A DNA stretch of 64,000 nt from an uncultured Acidobacteriota bacterium (GTDB lineage: Bacteria > Acidobacteriota > Thermoanaerobaculia > Multivoradales > SZUA-115). Below are positions 12,453-23,998 of the stretch, in pieces; position 1 is the stretch's first letter, and each line of letters starts with the position of its first letter. Below the pieces are notes generated by a model. It did not search any database. It saw only the letters and a list, made by a program, of their open reading frames with translations, and was not told the origin of the DNA. Both the position numbers and the translations under genes were made by a program. The stretch spans positions 800,001 to 864,000 of the forward strand of contig CAWDVR010000001.1 in the NCBI GenBank assembly GCA_963805975.1, written 5' to 3'.

Positions 12453-12848
12453 TCATCGCGCCGGATCGACCCAGACGAGACCCTCCACCTGCTCGAAATG
12501 CCGGTCGAAGGAGATTAGATCGGCGCCGGTCTCCATCGCCTGGGCGGCGATCCAGATGTCGTTCGAAGGAATGGGGCAGCCCTTGCGGCGGAGCGCGTGG
12601 GTGATTCGGCTGTAGCGATCAGCAGTGGTGCGCGTCACCGGCAAGAGGCTCACGCGTGGAAGCGCCAGGAAGCGATCGAGCTCGAGCAGGTTCTGTTCCA
12701 GCCGACTCCCGCCGCGAAATCCAGCCAGTACTTCACCCACCACCACGGTCGAGAAGATCAGCGCCTTGGCGCCCATGACCAGCGCGCTCACTTTGGCATG
12801 CCCATGGCCCAGAGCCGAGTACGCGTTGGTGTCGAGCATGACTCTCAC
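12453..12848 (-). CDS. vapC: PIN-domain toxin VapC
   Basis: MLDTN, VVGE, NDIWIAAQA, SFDRHF; GTG start overlaps the antitoxin stop. Confidence 0.9.
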   Translation of the reverse strand: MRVMLDTNAYSALGHGHAKVSALVMGAKALIFSTVVVGEVLAGFRGGSRLEQNLLELDRFLALPRVSLLPVTRTTADRYSRITHALRRKGCPIPSNDIWIAAQAMETGADLISFDRHFEQVEGLVWVDPAR

Positions 12849-13111
12849 TTCCAGAGCTCCTCGTCGATCTCGTCGAAGATCTTGGTGGCCTCCTGGAACT
12901 CTTTCAAGTCCTGGTCGCTCCAGCTCCCGATGAACCAATCGAGCGAGTTGCCGATCACGTCCTCGTCGGGCTTGGGGGCGGCGAGCCCCGCTCCTCGCCG
13001 GAGCAACTTGAGAACGGCCTGATTCAGCGACAGGCCCTCGTCCTTCGCCAGGCTTCGGACCTTGCGGGCGAGGTCGTCGTCGAGGCCGCGGATCGTGAGC
13101 TGGTCAATCAT
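12845..13111 (-). CDS. Ribbon-helix-helix antitoxin (VapB/FitA-like)
   Basis: QLTIRGLDDDLARKVRSLAKDEGLSLNQ RHH-like N-terminus, acidic C-terminus, GAGG RBS, upstream of vapC. Confidence 0.85.
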   Translation of the reverse strand: MIDQLTIRGLDDDLARKVRSLAKDEGLSLNQAVLKLLRRGAGLAAPKPDEDVIGNSLDWFIGSWSDQDLKEFQEATKIFDEIDEELWK

Positions 13112-13122
13112 AGGCACCTCCC

Positions 13123-13165
13123 GCGAGTCAGGTATGACTCGCTCCGAGTCATTATCGTGACTCGG
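13123..13165. promoter_or_regulatory. Two tandem palindromes, probable antitoxin operators
   Basis: gcgagtca-ggta-tgactcgc (13123-13142) and ccgagtca-ttatcg-tgactcgg (13144-13165) just upstream of the antitoxin start. Confidence 0.7.
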
Positions 13166-13190
13166 CGGTGCAGGGTCAAGGGTGGCAGCG

Positions 13191-14279
13191 CTACCGCACC
13201 CGCTTGCGCCGGTTCTTGATGTAGTCGGCGAGCAGGAACTCGCCCAGGTTGTAGGGCGAGGCAAAGTAGGCGCGGCCGCGGTTGATGCGGGTCAGCTTGT
13301 CCACGAAGTCGGTCAGCAGCTCGTCCGTCGCCAGCATGAAAGTGGTGATGACCACGTTCTGCCGGCGGCAGAGGTCGGCCTCCTCGAGAGTGAGGTTGAC
13401 GATCCTCAGGTCGAGGCCGAAGGGGTTCTTGTACACCTGGCCGTTCTCGGTGATGGCCGAGGGCTTGCCGTCGGTGATCAGGAAGATCTGCTTGTTGGGC
13501 TGCTTCTGGCGGGCGAGCAGGCCGCGGGCGAGCTGCAACGCCTCGCGCGTGTTGGTGTGGTACGGCCCGGCCTGGATGTAGGGCAGGTCCGAGAGGTTCA
13601 CCCGCTCGGCCCGGTCGCCGAAGAGGATCACCGACAGGTGGTCCTTGGCGTACTTGGTGGTGATCAGCTCGGTCAGGGCGAGGGCCACCTTCTTGGCCGG
13701 CGTGATGCGGTCCTCGCCGTAGAGGATCATCGAATGGCTGACGTCGATCGCCACCACCGTGGCGCACGAGGTCAGATGCTCGGTCTCGTGGACCTCCAGG
13801 TCCTGCTCGGCCAGCTCCAGGCCGCCGTGGGTGCGCTTCATCGCGTTCTGGAGCGAGCGTGCGGCGTCCAGGTGGTGGAGGTCGTCGCCGAACTCGAAGG
13901 CGCGGGTCTCCGGCAGCCGTTCGACGCCGTCGCCGGGCGCCTGGATGGCGTGGTAGCCCGGCCCGGCCCGCTCCAGGCTGCCGAACACCTCCTCGAAGGC
14001 CGAGCGCCGCACCCGCCGCTCGCCCGAGGCGGTGAGCTGGGAGCCACCCTGGCCGTCGCGCTGGATGAGCTGCTGCTCCTCGAGGCTGGCAAAGAAGGCC
14101 TCGAGATCCACCGACTCGTCGATGTAGCCCTCCTTCTGCAGGTAGCGCATCCACTCCATGGCCTCGTCCACATCGCCGCCGGTGGCGAGCAGGAGCTGGT
14201 TGAAGAGGCGCAGCAGATCGAGCCCGGCAAGAAGGGCCTGGAGGAGAGCGGGATCGAGATAGGCGTAACGGTGGCGCAT
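13191..14279 (-). CDS. VWA domain protein
   Basis: MIDAS motif DVSHSM, HTNT, LITDG; paired with an AAA ATPase. Confidence 0.88.
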   Translation of the reverse strand: MRHRYAYLDPALLQALLAGLDLLRLFNQLLLATGGDVDEAMEWMRYLQKEGYIDESVDLEAFFASLEEQQLIQRDGQGGSQLTASGERRVRRSAFEEVFGSLERAGPGYHAIQAPGDGVERLPETRAFEFGDDLHHLDAARSLQNAMKRTHGGLELAEQDLEVHETEHLTSCATVVAIDVSHSMILYGEDRITPAKKVALALTELITTKYAKDHLSVILFGDRAERVNLSDLPYIQAGPYHTNTREALQLARGLLARQKQPNKQIFLITDGKPSAITENGQVYKNPFGLDLRIVNLTLEEADLCRRQNVVITTFMLATDELLTDFVDKLTRINRGRAYFASPYNLGEFLLADYIKNRRKRVR

Positions 14280-14306
14280 GGGATCTACGATCCGGGTCGG
14301 GGCAGG

Positions 14307-15809
14307 CTAGTTCACGTCTCTCTTACCCTTCGACACCGGGCGCTTCAACAACTGAAACTTGACCATCTCCTTGAAGCTGATCCGGCTGTCGAGATCCTGG
14401 CGTGCGAGCTTCAGGTGCTGGTGCAGACCCTCGAGCACCAGCTCGGCGGCGAAGGCGCGCTCCTCGGCGGTGGCGCCGCGGCGCTCGACGAGCGGCATCA
14501 GCCCCGGCACGCGCTCGAGCTCGCCGGCGTGCTCGGCGAAGGTCGACTCGTCGGAGAGCGTGATCGCGTTGCCCTCGGCAAACCAGCGGAGGACGCCGGT
14601 GTAGGGTCCGTGGTCCTCCTCGTTGCCGGTGCCCGCGTCCTTGCCGAGCTCGGGAAAGCGCTCGTCGAAGACCTTGCGGATCGCCGCCCCGATCAGCCGC
14701 CGCGCCACCACCTCGGCGCCCTGCTGCTCGCCTTCGTAGACCACCTCCACTTTGCCGGTGATGGCGGGGAGCAGCATCTGCAGATCGGCGAGCCGCGGGT
14801 AGACCTGCGCCTCGCCGGTCGCCAGTGCGCGCCGCTCGAGGTTCGAGGTCAGCAGCTCGAGCGCCGAGATCGACACCCGCGCCGAGACCCCGGAGCTCTG
14901 GTCCACGAGGTCGCTGGCTCGCGCCGCGAAGGAGATCTCCTCGACCAGCTCGCGGATCTCGTCCGGGATCACCACCCGGGTCTCGCCGCGCTCGGTCCAG
15001 GCCTCCTGGCGGGTGATCGCCGCCGCCGTGGCCACGTCCGGCGGATAGTGCGTCAAGATCTGCGACGCGATACGGTCCTTGAGCGGCGTGATGATGGTGC
15101 CGCGGTTGGTGTAGTCCTCGGGGTTGGCGGAGAACACCATCTGGATGTCGAGCGGGATGCGCACCGGGAAGCCGCGGATCTGGAGATCGCGCTCCTCGAG
15201 GATGTTGAACAGGCCGACCTGGATGCGGGGTGCCAGGTCCGGCAGCTCGTTGATGGCGAAGATGCCGCGGTTGGTGCGCGGAATGATGCCGAAGTGGATC
15301 ACTTCCGGGTCGGCGAAGGTGAGCTTGCGGGTCGCCGCCTTGATCGGGTCGATGTCGCCCAGCAGATCGGCGATCGAGACGTCCGGGGTCGCGAGCTTTT
15401 CGTTGTAGCGCTCCTCACGTCCCATCCAGGCGACCGGCGCGTCGTCGCCGGCGCGCGCGATCAGGCGCTGGCCGGGCACCGAGATCGGTGCCAGCGGGTC
15501 CTCGTTGAGCTCGCTGCCGGCCAGCACCGGCACCCACTCGTCGAGGAAGTCGGTCAGGCCGCGCAGGATGCGGGTCTTGGCCTGGCCGCGCAGGCCGAGC
15601 AGGATGAAGTCGTGCCCGGCCAGGATGGCGTTCACCACGCCGGGGATCACCGTACGGTCGTAGCCCAGGACGCCGGGAAAGAGGCTCTGGCCCGAGGCCA
15701 GGCGGGCGCGCAGGTTGTCGCGCAGCTCGCGCTTGACGCTCCGCGGCTGGTAACCGCTGGCCTTGAGCTCACCGAGGGTCGAGATCTTGGGGGGAGCGGT
15801 AGGGGCCAT
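14307..15809 (-). CDS. Mg-chelatase-like AAA+ ATPase
   Basis: Variant Walker A GLRGQAKT, FAINELPDL, SANPEDYTNRG. Confidence 0.88.
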   Translation of the reverse strand: MAPTAPPKISTLGELKASGYQPRSVKRELRDNLRARLASGQSLFPGVLGYDRTVIPGVVNAILAGHDFILLGLRGQAKTRILRGLTDFLDEWVPVLAGSELNEDPLAPISVPGQRLIARAGDDAPVAWMGREERYNEKLATPDVSIADLLGDIDPIKAATRKLTFADPEVIHFGIIPRTNRGIFAINELPDLAPRIQVGLFNILEERDLQIRGFPVRIPLDIQMVFSANPEDYTNRGTIITPLKDRIASQILTHYPPDVATAAAITRQEAWTERGETRVVIPDEIRELVEEISFAARASDLVDQSSGVSARVSISALELLTSNLERRALATGEAQVYPRLADLQMLLPAITGKVEVVYEGEQQGAEVVARRLIGAAIRKVFDERFPELGKDAGTGNEEDHGPYTGVLRWFAEGNAITLSDESTFAEHAGELERVPGLMPLVERRGATAEERAFAAELVLEGLHQHLKLARQDLDSRISFKEMVKFQLLKRPVSKGKRDVN

Positions 15810-16768
15810 CAGTCCAGCGCCTCCAGCCAGCGCTCGGCGTCGATCGCAGCCTTGCAGCCGGTCCCGGCCGCGGTCACCGCCTGGCGGTAGCTCGCGTCCA
15901 CGGCATCGCCGCAGGCGAAGACGCCCGGCACTCGCGTCCTGGTGGTGGGCTCCTCGACCTGGATGTAGCCGACCTCGTCGCGGTCGAGCTTGCCGGCGAA
16001 GAGCTCGGTGTTGGGCGAGTGGCCGATGGCGACGAACACGCCCTGGGTGGGAAAGACGCTCTCCTCGCCGGTGACCACGTTCTGGACCTTGACGCCAGTG
16101 ACGCTGGCTTCGCGGGTGCCCAGAACCTCGGCGACCACCGAGTCCCAGAGCCAGGCGATCTTCTCGTTCTTCATCGCCCGCTCCTGCATGATCTTCGAGG
16201 CGCGCAGCTCACGGCGGCGGTGGATCACCGTCACCTTGGAGGCGTAGCGGGTGAGGTAGTTGGCCTCTTCCATGGCGGTGTCGCCGCCGCCCACCACCAC
16301 GATCTCCTTGCCCTTGAAGAAGAAGCCGTCGCAGGTGGCGCAGGCCGAGACGCCGTAGCCCATGAGGTGGGACTCGGAAGGGATGCCGAGGAGCTTGGCC
16401 TGGGCACCGGTGGCGATGATCAGCGTGTCGCCGGTATAGGTGCCCTCGTCGGTCTTGACGGTGAAAGGCCGCTCCCCGAGGTCGACCTCGGTCGCGGCCT
16501 CGAACTTGACCTGGGCGCCGAAGCGCTTGGCCTGCTCGCGCATCTGGTCCATCAGCTCCGGGCCGAGGATGCCCTGGGGAAAGCCGGGATAGTTCTCGAC
16601 GTCGGTGGTGATGGTGAGCTGGCCGCCCGGCTGATGGCCTTCGAGCACCATGGGCTTGAGCTCGGCCCGCGCCGCGTAGAGCGCCGCGGTCAGCCCGGCC
16701 GGGCCGGAGCCCAGGATCAGCACGGGGTGGTGGTTGGGCGTGGAGGGGGTGGCTTCAGCCGTCGACAT
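15809..16768 (-). CDS. trxB: Thioredoxin reductase
   Basis: GSGPAG, GGQL, CATCDG redox motif, [10 protein letters not shown]; ATG 16768 with GAGG upstream. Confidence 0.97.
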   Translation of the reverse strand: MSTAEATPSTPNHHPVLILGSGPAGLTAALYAARAELKPMVLEGHQPGGQLTITTDVENYPGFPQGILGPELMDQMREQAKRFGAQVKFEAATEVDLGERPFTVKTDEGTYTGDTLIIATGAQAKLLGIPSESHLMGYGVSACATCDGFFFKGKEIVVVGGGDTAMEEANYLTRYASKVTVIHRRRELRASKIMQERAMKNEKIAWLWDSVVAEVLGTREASVTGVKVQNVVTGEESVFPTQGVFVAIGHSPNTELFAGKLDRDEVGYIQVEEPTTRTRVPGVFACGDAVDASYRQAVTAAGTGCKAAIDAERWLEALD

Positions 16769-16967
16769 TGAGGTGCGGACCTCCCGGAGGTTCGAGCTTA
16801 GAGGTTGGGATCGGCCGCCATCCGGCACGAACGAGGCGACGACCGGCTGGCAGTATAGCTGGAGCGCCAGATCGCTGGAGAGCCAGCAAGAGGGGAGAAC
16901 CGCCGCCGGCGCCGGGCGCATTCCAGGCCGGTGCCGGGCTCCTGCTACGCTTGGCGCCGGAGACTCG

Positions 16968-17471
16968 ATGAGCGCCCTATACCAGAGCAGCCTGCCCTGG
17001 AACCGGAAGAGGCCGCGCGTTCTGGTCGTCGCCTGCTCGGACGGCCGACTGCAGCAGAACCTCGACGAGTTCCTCACCCATCACCTCGGGATCCAAGACT
17101 ACGACCGCCTGTACGCGCCGGGAGGGCCGGGTGCCCTCGCCGGCACCGGTCTCGACTACTTGCGCAGCAGCCAGTACCGCGAGGACCTCGAGTTCCTGCT
17201 CCAGGTCCACGGCGTCGAGGAGGTGCTGCTGATCTTCCACGGCCCGGCCCCGGACGGGCCTGCCGAGGCGCTCTGCGCCGGCTACCAGCGCAAGCTGCCC
17301 TTCTCCTCGCCAGAGGAGATCCATCGCCAGCAGGAGCAGGACGCCCGGCGGGTGATCGAGGTCTGCACCGCCTGGGGCCAGCAGGTCCACTGCCGGGTGT
17401 TCCGCTGCGAAGTGGACTCGGCCGACCGTATCCGGTTCAACGAGCTGGAGGTGGCGGTCCGCGGGAAATAG
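16968..17471 (+). CDS. Beta-carbonic-anhydrase-like protein
   Basis: ACSDGR, later H...C putative Zn ligands, APGG segment. Confidence 0.55.
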   Translation: MSALYQSSLPWNRKRPRVLVVACSDGRLQQNLDEFLTHHLGIQDYDRLYAPGGPGALAGTGLDYLRSSQYREDLEFLLQVHGVEEVLLIFHGPAPDGPAEALCAGYQRKLPFSSPEEIHRQQEQDARRVIEVCTAWGQQVHCRVFRCEVDSADRIRFNELEVAVRGK

Positions 17472-17528
17472 CCCGCGCGGGGTAGGGCGCTGGGCCCAGC
17501 AGATACAATCCCCCCTTCGGCACCCGGC

Positions 17529-18908
<1,380 letters not shown>

Positions 18909-18990
18909 GGGCGGGTCCGGGGCGTCGCCGTGCCTGACGGCTCTGGCTCTGGAGGTGAGGGCCCGGCCGCAAACGAGCCTGGCCCGATCC

Positions 18991-19032
18991 CGCAAATCCG
19001 GAGAAGACTCCACTTCGGCCCGCCTCGATAAT
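18991..19032 (+). promoter_or_regulatory. Regulon motif site 1 with -10-like hexamer
   Basis: CGCAA-atc-CGGAGAAGAC, 18 nt, then GATAAT; upstream of the gene at 19111. Confidence 0.7.
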
Positions 19033-19110
19033 CCCAACAAGCAAAGCGTCGGCAGGCCCTCCTCCGGAACAAGAGGGCCGAAAAATTATTCTGGACCAAG
19101 GAGGTCCCAT

Positions 19111-20379
19111 ATGAAGCGAATCGCCATCCTTGCCTTCGCCTTGGCGTTGGCTGTCGTGGGTGCGTTCGTCGCCAGCGGAGGTCCGGTCTCTCCGGACGCC
19201 TCCATGGCGGCCAAGGCCATGCCAGCCTCGCAGCTCTTCGATCCGCTGGGCCAGGAGGCCGACGTGATCTACCTGCTGGCCAACTCCTCGGTGGTCTTCG
19301 GGCCCGACCCGCACGGCCGCAGCGAGGAGATCACTTTCATCGGCCCGGTGACCGTCCCCAAGTGGCCCATGAAGGGCTACGGCCGCCGCGTCCTTCCGGA
19401 CGGCAGCCAGCAGATCGACATCGAGCTGACCCAGTCCGACCTCACGGGTGAGAGCTATCTGATGGGCGGTCCGGTCATCCTCGGCGAGCACCCCGACCTG
19501 CGCTCGCTGGGAACCATCACCGAGCGTCCCGCGTCGAGCATGCGTCACGCCAGCAACAAGGCCGCGGCCACCAACGACGGCACGGCCGCCAGCGCCGAGA
19601 CCGCCGAAGAGGCCGAGGAAGTTCCGGCCGACTTCGTGGTCAAGCGGAAGGTTCTCCTGACCACCGCCAAGGGCATCCTCTACAACGAGACGGCGGTCCC
19701 GGTTCGTGGCCGCGTCGACGCCATTCCCCCGGTCAAGTTCCAGAGCACCCCGACCGGCGTCAACGTGTTCCGCGGCATGGAGCTGCCCGTTGCGCTGCTC
19801 GACAAGACCGGCAACGTGAACGGCTGGTTCTACAGCAAGGCGCACATGGCCTATGCCGTGAAGCCCGCCGCCATCGAGCGTTCCTTCCTCAAGGGCACGG
19901 TCGCGCTGCGCCAGGGCGACCGCACCGAGAACGTCGCGGTCAGCGGTCCGGTGGAGATCCACCACCTCGCGACCGGCACGTCGAAGAACGACGTCGAGTT
20001 CATGATCCTCGCGCTGCGTGGCCGCTCCGAGCTGCTGGGCGGCGACATCATGGTTTCCGAAACCTTCAGCGATCGCGATCACTTCTCCCGCGGCCAACTC
20101 GCGTGGCAGGGCGGGGGCGCCGGCCAGACCACGGCCGACCTCTTCCTCGACCTCTACACGCCGGCCACCAAGCTCACCACCCGCGAGCCGATCCAGCTCA
20201 AGGGCAACGTGAGCGCGTTCCACGAGGTGGGCAACCTGGACAAGGGCAAGCTCAGCCTGCCGATGTATCTCTCGAACGGGCAGTACTCGAGCTCCGGCGC
20301 ACGGACCCTCTATGACGAGTCCGAGAAGCCGGCGGTCGACGTGGTGAGCATCAACTTCAACCTCACCGAGCGGATGTAG
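19111..20379 (+). CDS. Secreted, internally duplicated beta-rich protein of unknown function (first gene of the cluster)
   Basis: AAGGAGG RBS, signal MKRIAILAFALALAVVG; two related segments EEITFIGPV..LTGESYLMGGPVILGE and ENVAVSGPV..LRGRSELLGGDIMVSE. Confidence 0.85.
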   Translation: MKRIAILAFALALAVVGAFVASGGPVSPDASMAAKAMPASQLFDPLGQEADVIYLLANSSVVFGPDPHGRSEEITFIGPVTVPKWPMKGYGRRVLPDGSQQIDIELTQSDLTGESYLMGGPVILGEHPDLRSLGTITERPASSMRHASNKAAATNDGTAASAETAEEAEEVPADFVVKRKVLLTTAKGILYNETAVPVRGRVDAIPPVKFQSTPTGVNVFRGMELPVALLDKTGNVNGWFYSKAHMAYAVKPAAIERSFLKGTVALRQGDRTENVAVSGPVEIHHLATGTSKNDVEFMILALRGRSELLGGDIMVSETFSDRDHFSRGQLAWQGGGAGQTTADLFLDLYTPATKLTTREPIQLKGNVSAFHEVGNLDKGKLSLPMYLSNGQYSSSGARTLYDESEKPAVDVVSINFNLTERM

Positions 20380-20414
20380 CTCGAGCCACCTCGCCCTGGG
20401 AGGGGCCGCGAGCC

Positions 20415-23400
20415 ATGCCGAGGTCCGGCCTCGCTCCAGATCGATCCAAGACCGAAGGCGGGTCCGGCCGCCTTCGTTTTGTTTTTTGGCGGCTGGCGCT
20501 CTGCACGGCGGTGGTGCTGGTCGCGGCTCCGGCCTGGCCCCAGCTCGGCTCCCGGAACGGACCGGCCTCGATCGAGACGCTCGCCGGCGGCGGCCCGGTG
20601 GGGGACGGGGGACCGGCGCTCGCGGCCCGGCTCAACCTGCCGGGCGGCGTGCTCGAGGCGCCGAACGGCGACCTCGTGATCATCGACTTCGGCAACCACC
20701 GCATCCGGCGCGTGGACCGGCAGACTGGGTTGATCGACACCATCGTCGGCACCGGCGAGGCCGGCTACAACGGCGACGGCATCCCGGCGCGGCAGGCGCA
20801 GCTCTCGCGGCCCGAGTACGCCACCTACGGCCCGGAGGGCGACCTCTACATCGCGGATTCCTACAACAACCGGGTGCGCAAGGTGGATCACGCCACGGGC
20901 CTGATCTCCACCGTGGCCGGCAGCGGGGAGCGTGGCGCGGCAGGCGACGGCGGGCCGGCCACCCGGGCGGAGATGCACTTTCCCGAGGGACTGACCCTCG
21001 ACCGCGAGGGCAACCTCTTCATCGGCGACACGGTGAACCGGCGTATCCGCCGGGTGGACGCCAAGACCGGCATCATCACCACCTACGCCGGTTCAGGCGA
21101 GGTCGGCGTCAACCGCGAAGGAACGCCGGCGGCGGAGGCCAAGTTCCTGCGTCTCGCCCGGATCGCCATCGACGGCGCCGGCAACCTCTACGTGGCCGAC
21201 AGCCCCACGCAGCGCATCCTGGTGATCGACGCCGCGACCCGGCAGGTGCGCACCTACGCCGGCACCGGCAAGCCCGGCTTCTCCGGCGACGGCGGGCCCG
21301 CGACCGCGGCCCAGATGCGCTATCCCGAGGGCCTCTTCGTGGCCGGGAACGGCGATCTCTACTTCGCCGACGTGGCCAACCACCGGGTGCGGCGGGTGGA
21401 GGCCAGGACCGGCCTCATCGACACCGTGGCCGGCAACGGCGAGAAGGGCTTCGCCGGCGACGGCGGCCCGGCCCGCGAGGCGCGGCTGTGGAGCCCCGGC
21501 CGCACCTGGCTCGACGCGCAGGGCAACCTCCTGATCTCCGACATCCTCAACTCGCGGATCCGGCGCGTGGACGCCAGGACCGGCGTGATCTCGACCGTGG
21601 CCGGCAGCGGCAGCTTCGGCGACGGCGGCCCGGCCAATCAGGCGGTGCTCTCGGTGCCGGGCGACGTGGTCTATGCGCACGGCAAGGTCTACGTCGCGGA
21701 CTACGGCACGCGGCGGGTGCGGGCCGTGGACCTGGCGAGCGGCGTGATCTCGACCGTGGCCGGCGGCGGCACCGGCTCGGAGGGCGGCATCCCGGCCACC
21801 GAGATCGAGCTGCTGCTGCCCGAGGGCATCGCCGTCGACGGCGGCCGGGCGCTCTACATCGCCGACAACCCGGCGAGCCGGGTGTGGAAGGTGGACCTCG
21901 CGACCGGCATGCTCTCCGTCTTCGCCGGCAGCGGGCAACCGGGCTACTCGGGCGACGGCGGCCCGGCGACGGCGGCCCAGCTCTACCTGCCGGGCGCGGT
22001 CGCCGTCGGAACGGACGGTACGATCTATATCTCCGACTTCGGCAACCAGGCGGTGCGCGTGGTGGATCCCCGGAGCGGCGTGATCCAGACGCTCTCCGCC
22101 GCGCACGCGCCCGGCGAGGGAGACCCGATCCAGGTGGGAGTGGTCAGCCTGGAGTCCACGCCCCAGGGGCTCTACCACTTGGTCCACGATCTCTCCGAGG
22201 TGCATCTTTTCCATCCCGAAGACCGCACGGTCTCCCCGGTTCCGCTGGCGCCAGGGGGCCTGCCGGCGGCGCGCTCCGGCGACACCCAGATGATCGACGT
22301 CGCCGTGCACGGCCGCGAGATCTATCTCGCCGACCCGCTGGGGCACCGCGTGCTCCGCTTCGAGCTGGGCGGCGCCACGGTCGACCTCCTGGCCGGCAAC
22401 GGCGTCCAGGGCTTCGCCGGCGATGGCGGCCCGGCGACCCAGGCCTCGCTCTTCCAGCCCGGCGGCGTGACGGTGAGCGAGGACGGCCGCGAGGTGTTCA
22501 TCGCCGATACCAAGAACCAGCGCATCCGGCGCGTGCGCCTGCCGGCGCCCGAGCGCCAGGCCGCGGGCCGCCGCGGCATCCATTCCTACGAGCTCTCGAA
22601 CGGCCTCGACCTGGTGGTCGCCGTGGCCCCGGAGCTCGATCTGGCAGCGGTGAACCTGACGGCGGCGATCGGCTCGATCGACGATCCGCCGGCGCAGTCC
22701 GGAATGGCGCACCTCTTGGAGCACGTCACCCTGGGCGGCTCGGTGGCGCTGGGCTCGCTCGACCCGCCGGCCGAGGCGGCGGCGCTCGCGCACCTCGACC
22801 GCGCCGATCGCAAGCTCCGCGAGGCGCGGCACGGTGGCGGGTCCTCGGTGGCGCCTGCCGGCACGCCGAGCCAGACCGAGGGGCCCGACCCCGACACCCT
22901 GGCAGCGCTCGAACGGGACTACGGCCAGGCGCTCGAGGCGGCGCGCAAGCTGGCGGAGAGCGGCGAGATCCTGGGCGGGCGCCTGGAGGCCAAGGGAGGG
23001 ATCGGTCTCAACGCCACCACCGGCAACGACGTCACCCAGTACTTCGGCTGGATGCCCGTCGAGCACTTGGAATACTGGCTCTCGCTCGAGGCCGATCGCC
23101 TGCAGAACCCGGTGTTCCGCCGCTTCTACAGCGAGCGCGAGGTGGTGTTGCAGGAGATCGAGGTGCTGACCGGCGGGCGCACGACCCTCCAGGACCGGGT
23201 GATGCAACAGGTCTTCCCCGGCGGGCCGCAGGCGCAGCCGCCGGCCGGCGATCCGGCGGAGACGCGCGACATCGACCGGCCGCTGGCGCTCGACTTCTTC
23301 TCCCGCTTCTATCGGCCCGAGAACCTGGCGCTGGCGGTGGTGGGCAACGTCGATCCCGCGGTGGTTCGGCGGCTGGCCGAACGCCATCTCGGCGCTTGGA

Positions 23401-23996
23401 AACCGGCCGCGGCCGGCGGGCCGCTGCCGGCGCCGAGCGAAAGCTCCACGGCGGCGCCGCGTGTCGCCAAGTTCAACAGCGTGCGCGCGCCGTTCGTCTA
23501 CTTCGCCTTTCCCAGGCCTGCTCTCACCGGGCAGGAGAAGGCCGGGCTCGAGGTGCTCGCCGAGCTCTTCAACTCGCCCGAGCTCTCGCCCTTGAAGCGG
23601 CGCCTGCTGGGCGAGGCAGGGATCGCCTGGGACGTGTTCGCCGAGGCCCTCTACCCCTCGCAGAAGCGGCCGGGCGCCTTCCTGCTACGGGTGAGCGGCA
23701 ACGGCGGGGTCGAGCACGAGGCGTTGATCCGCGAAGCCACCGGCGTGCTGCGGGCGCTCGATTCGACGCCCGAGGAGGATCTCGCCGGCGCGATCCTGCA
23801 AGCGGAGCTGCGCCTCGCGACCGAGCTCGACGATCCGCCCACGCTCGCCGCCCTTCTGGCACAGAATCAGGCGGTGCACGGCAACTGGAGCCTGCCCTTC
23901 GACCGGCTGGAGACCCTGCGCCACCTGACGCCCGCCGAGGTGCGCCGCACGGCGCAGAAGGTGCTCCAAGTGCCCGCGGACGGAGGAGGAAGCTGA
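20415..23996 (+). CDS. NHL-repeat beta-propeller fused to M16 zinc peptidase
   Basis: Signal-like N-terminus; many GDGGPA..A.L NHL repeats; C-terminal SGMAHLLEH (HxxEH), LNATT, EREVVLQE. Confidence 0.88.
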   Translation: MPRSGLAPDRSKTEGGSGRLRFVFWRLALCTAVVLVAAPAWPQLGSRNGPASIETLAGGGPVGDGGPALAARLNLPGGVLEAPNGDLVIIDFGNHRIRRVDRQTGLIDTIVGTGEAGYNGDGIPARQAQLSRPEYATYGPEGDLYIADSYNNRVRKVDHATGLISTVAGSGERGAAGDGGPATRAEMHFPEGLTLDREGNLFIGDTVNRRIRRVDAKTGIITTYAGSGEVGVNREGTPAAEAKFLRLARIAIDGAGNLYVADSPTQRILVIDAATRQVRTYAGTGKPGFSGDGGPATAAQMRYPEGLFVAGNGDLYFADVANHRVRRVEARTGLIDTVAGNGEKGFAGDGGPAREARLWSPGRTWLDAQGNLLISDILNSRIRRVDARTGVISTVAGSGSFGDGGPANQAVLSVPGDVVYAHGKVYVADYGTRRVRAVDLASGVISTVAGGGTGSEGGIPATEIELLLPEGIAVDGGRALYIADNPASRVWKVDLATGMLSVFAGSGQPGYSGDGGPATAAQLYLPGAVAVGTDGTIYISDFGNQAVRVVDPRSGVIQTLSAAHAPGEGDPIQVGVVSLESTPQGLYHLVHDLSEVHLFHPEDRTVSPVPLAPGGLPAARSGDTQMIDVAVHGREIYLADPLGHRVLRFELGGATVDLLAGNGVQGFAGDGGPATQASLFQPGGVTVSEDGREVFIADTKNQRIRRVRLPAPERQAAGRRGIHSYELSNGLDLVVAVAPELDLAAVNLTAAIGSIDDPPAQSGMAHLLEHVTLGGSVALGSLDPPAEAAALAHLDRADRKLREARHGGGSSVAPAGTPSQTEGPDPDTLAALERDYGQALEAARKLAESGEILGGRLEAKGGIGLNATTGNDVTQYFGWMPVEHLEYWLSLEADRLQNPVFRRFYSEREVVLQEIEVLTGGRTTLQDRVMQQVFPGGPQAQPPAGDPAETRDIDRPLALDFFSRFYRPENLALAVVGNVDPAVVRRLAERHLGAWKPAAAGGPLPAPSESSTAAPRVAKFNSVRAPFVYFAFPRPALTGQEKAGLEVLAELFNSPELSPLKRRLLGEAGIAWDVFAEALYPSQKRPGAFLLRVSGNGGVEHEALIREATGVLRALDSTPEEDLAGAILQAELRLATELDDPPTLAALLAQNQAVHGNWSLPFDRLETLRHLTPAEVRRTAQKVLQVPADGGGS
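20453..20487 (+). terminator. Intrinsic terminator-like hairpin with U-tract
   Basis: cgaaggcgg-gtccgg-ccgccttcg (perfect 9-bp stem) then ttttgtttttt; lies within the 5' end of the 20415 ORF. Confidence 0.75.
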
Positions 23997-23998
23997 CG

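Noticed and set aside
13191-15809. AAA ATPase plus VWA pair as a novel or defence system
   Set aside because: This is a widespread conserved pair, here in a housekeeping context downstream of trxB
20486-23998. Very long alternative-frame ORFs (also 27043, 36782, 52648, 51032, 13182 and others)
   Set aside because: Arg/Pro/Gly-rich shadow frames typical of high-GC DNA; only the 3' parts of some (inactive M16, MMPL, PQQ-like, nagZ) are real genes
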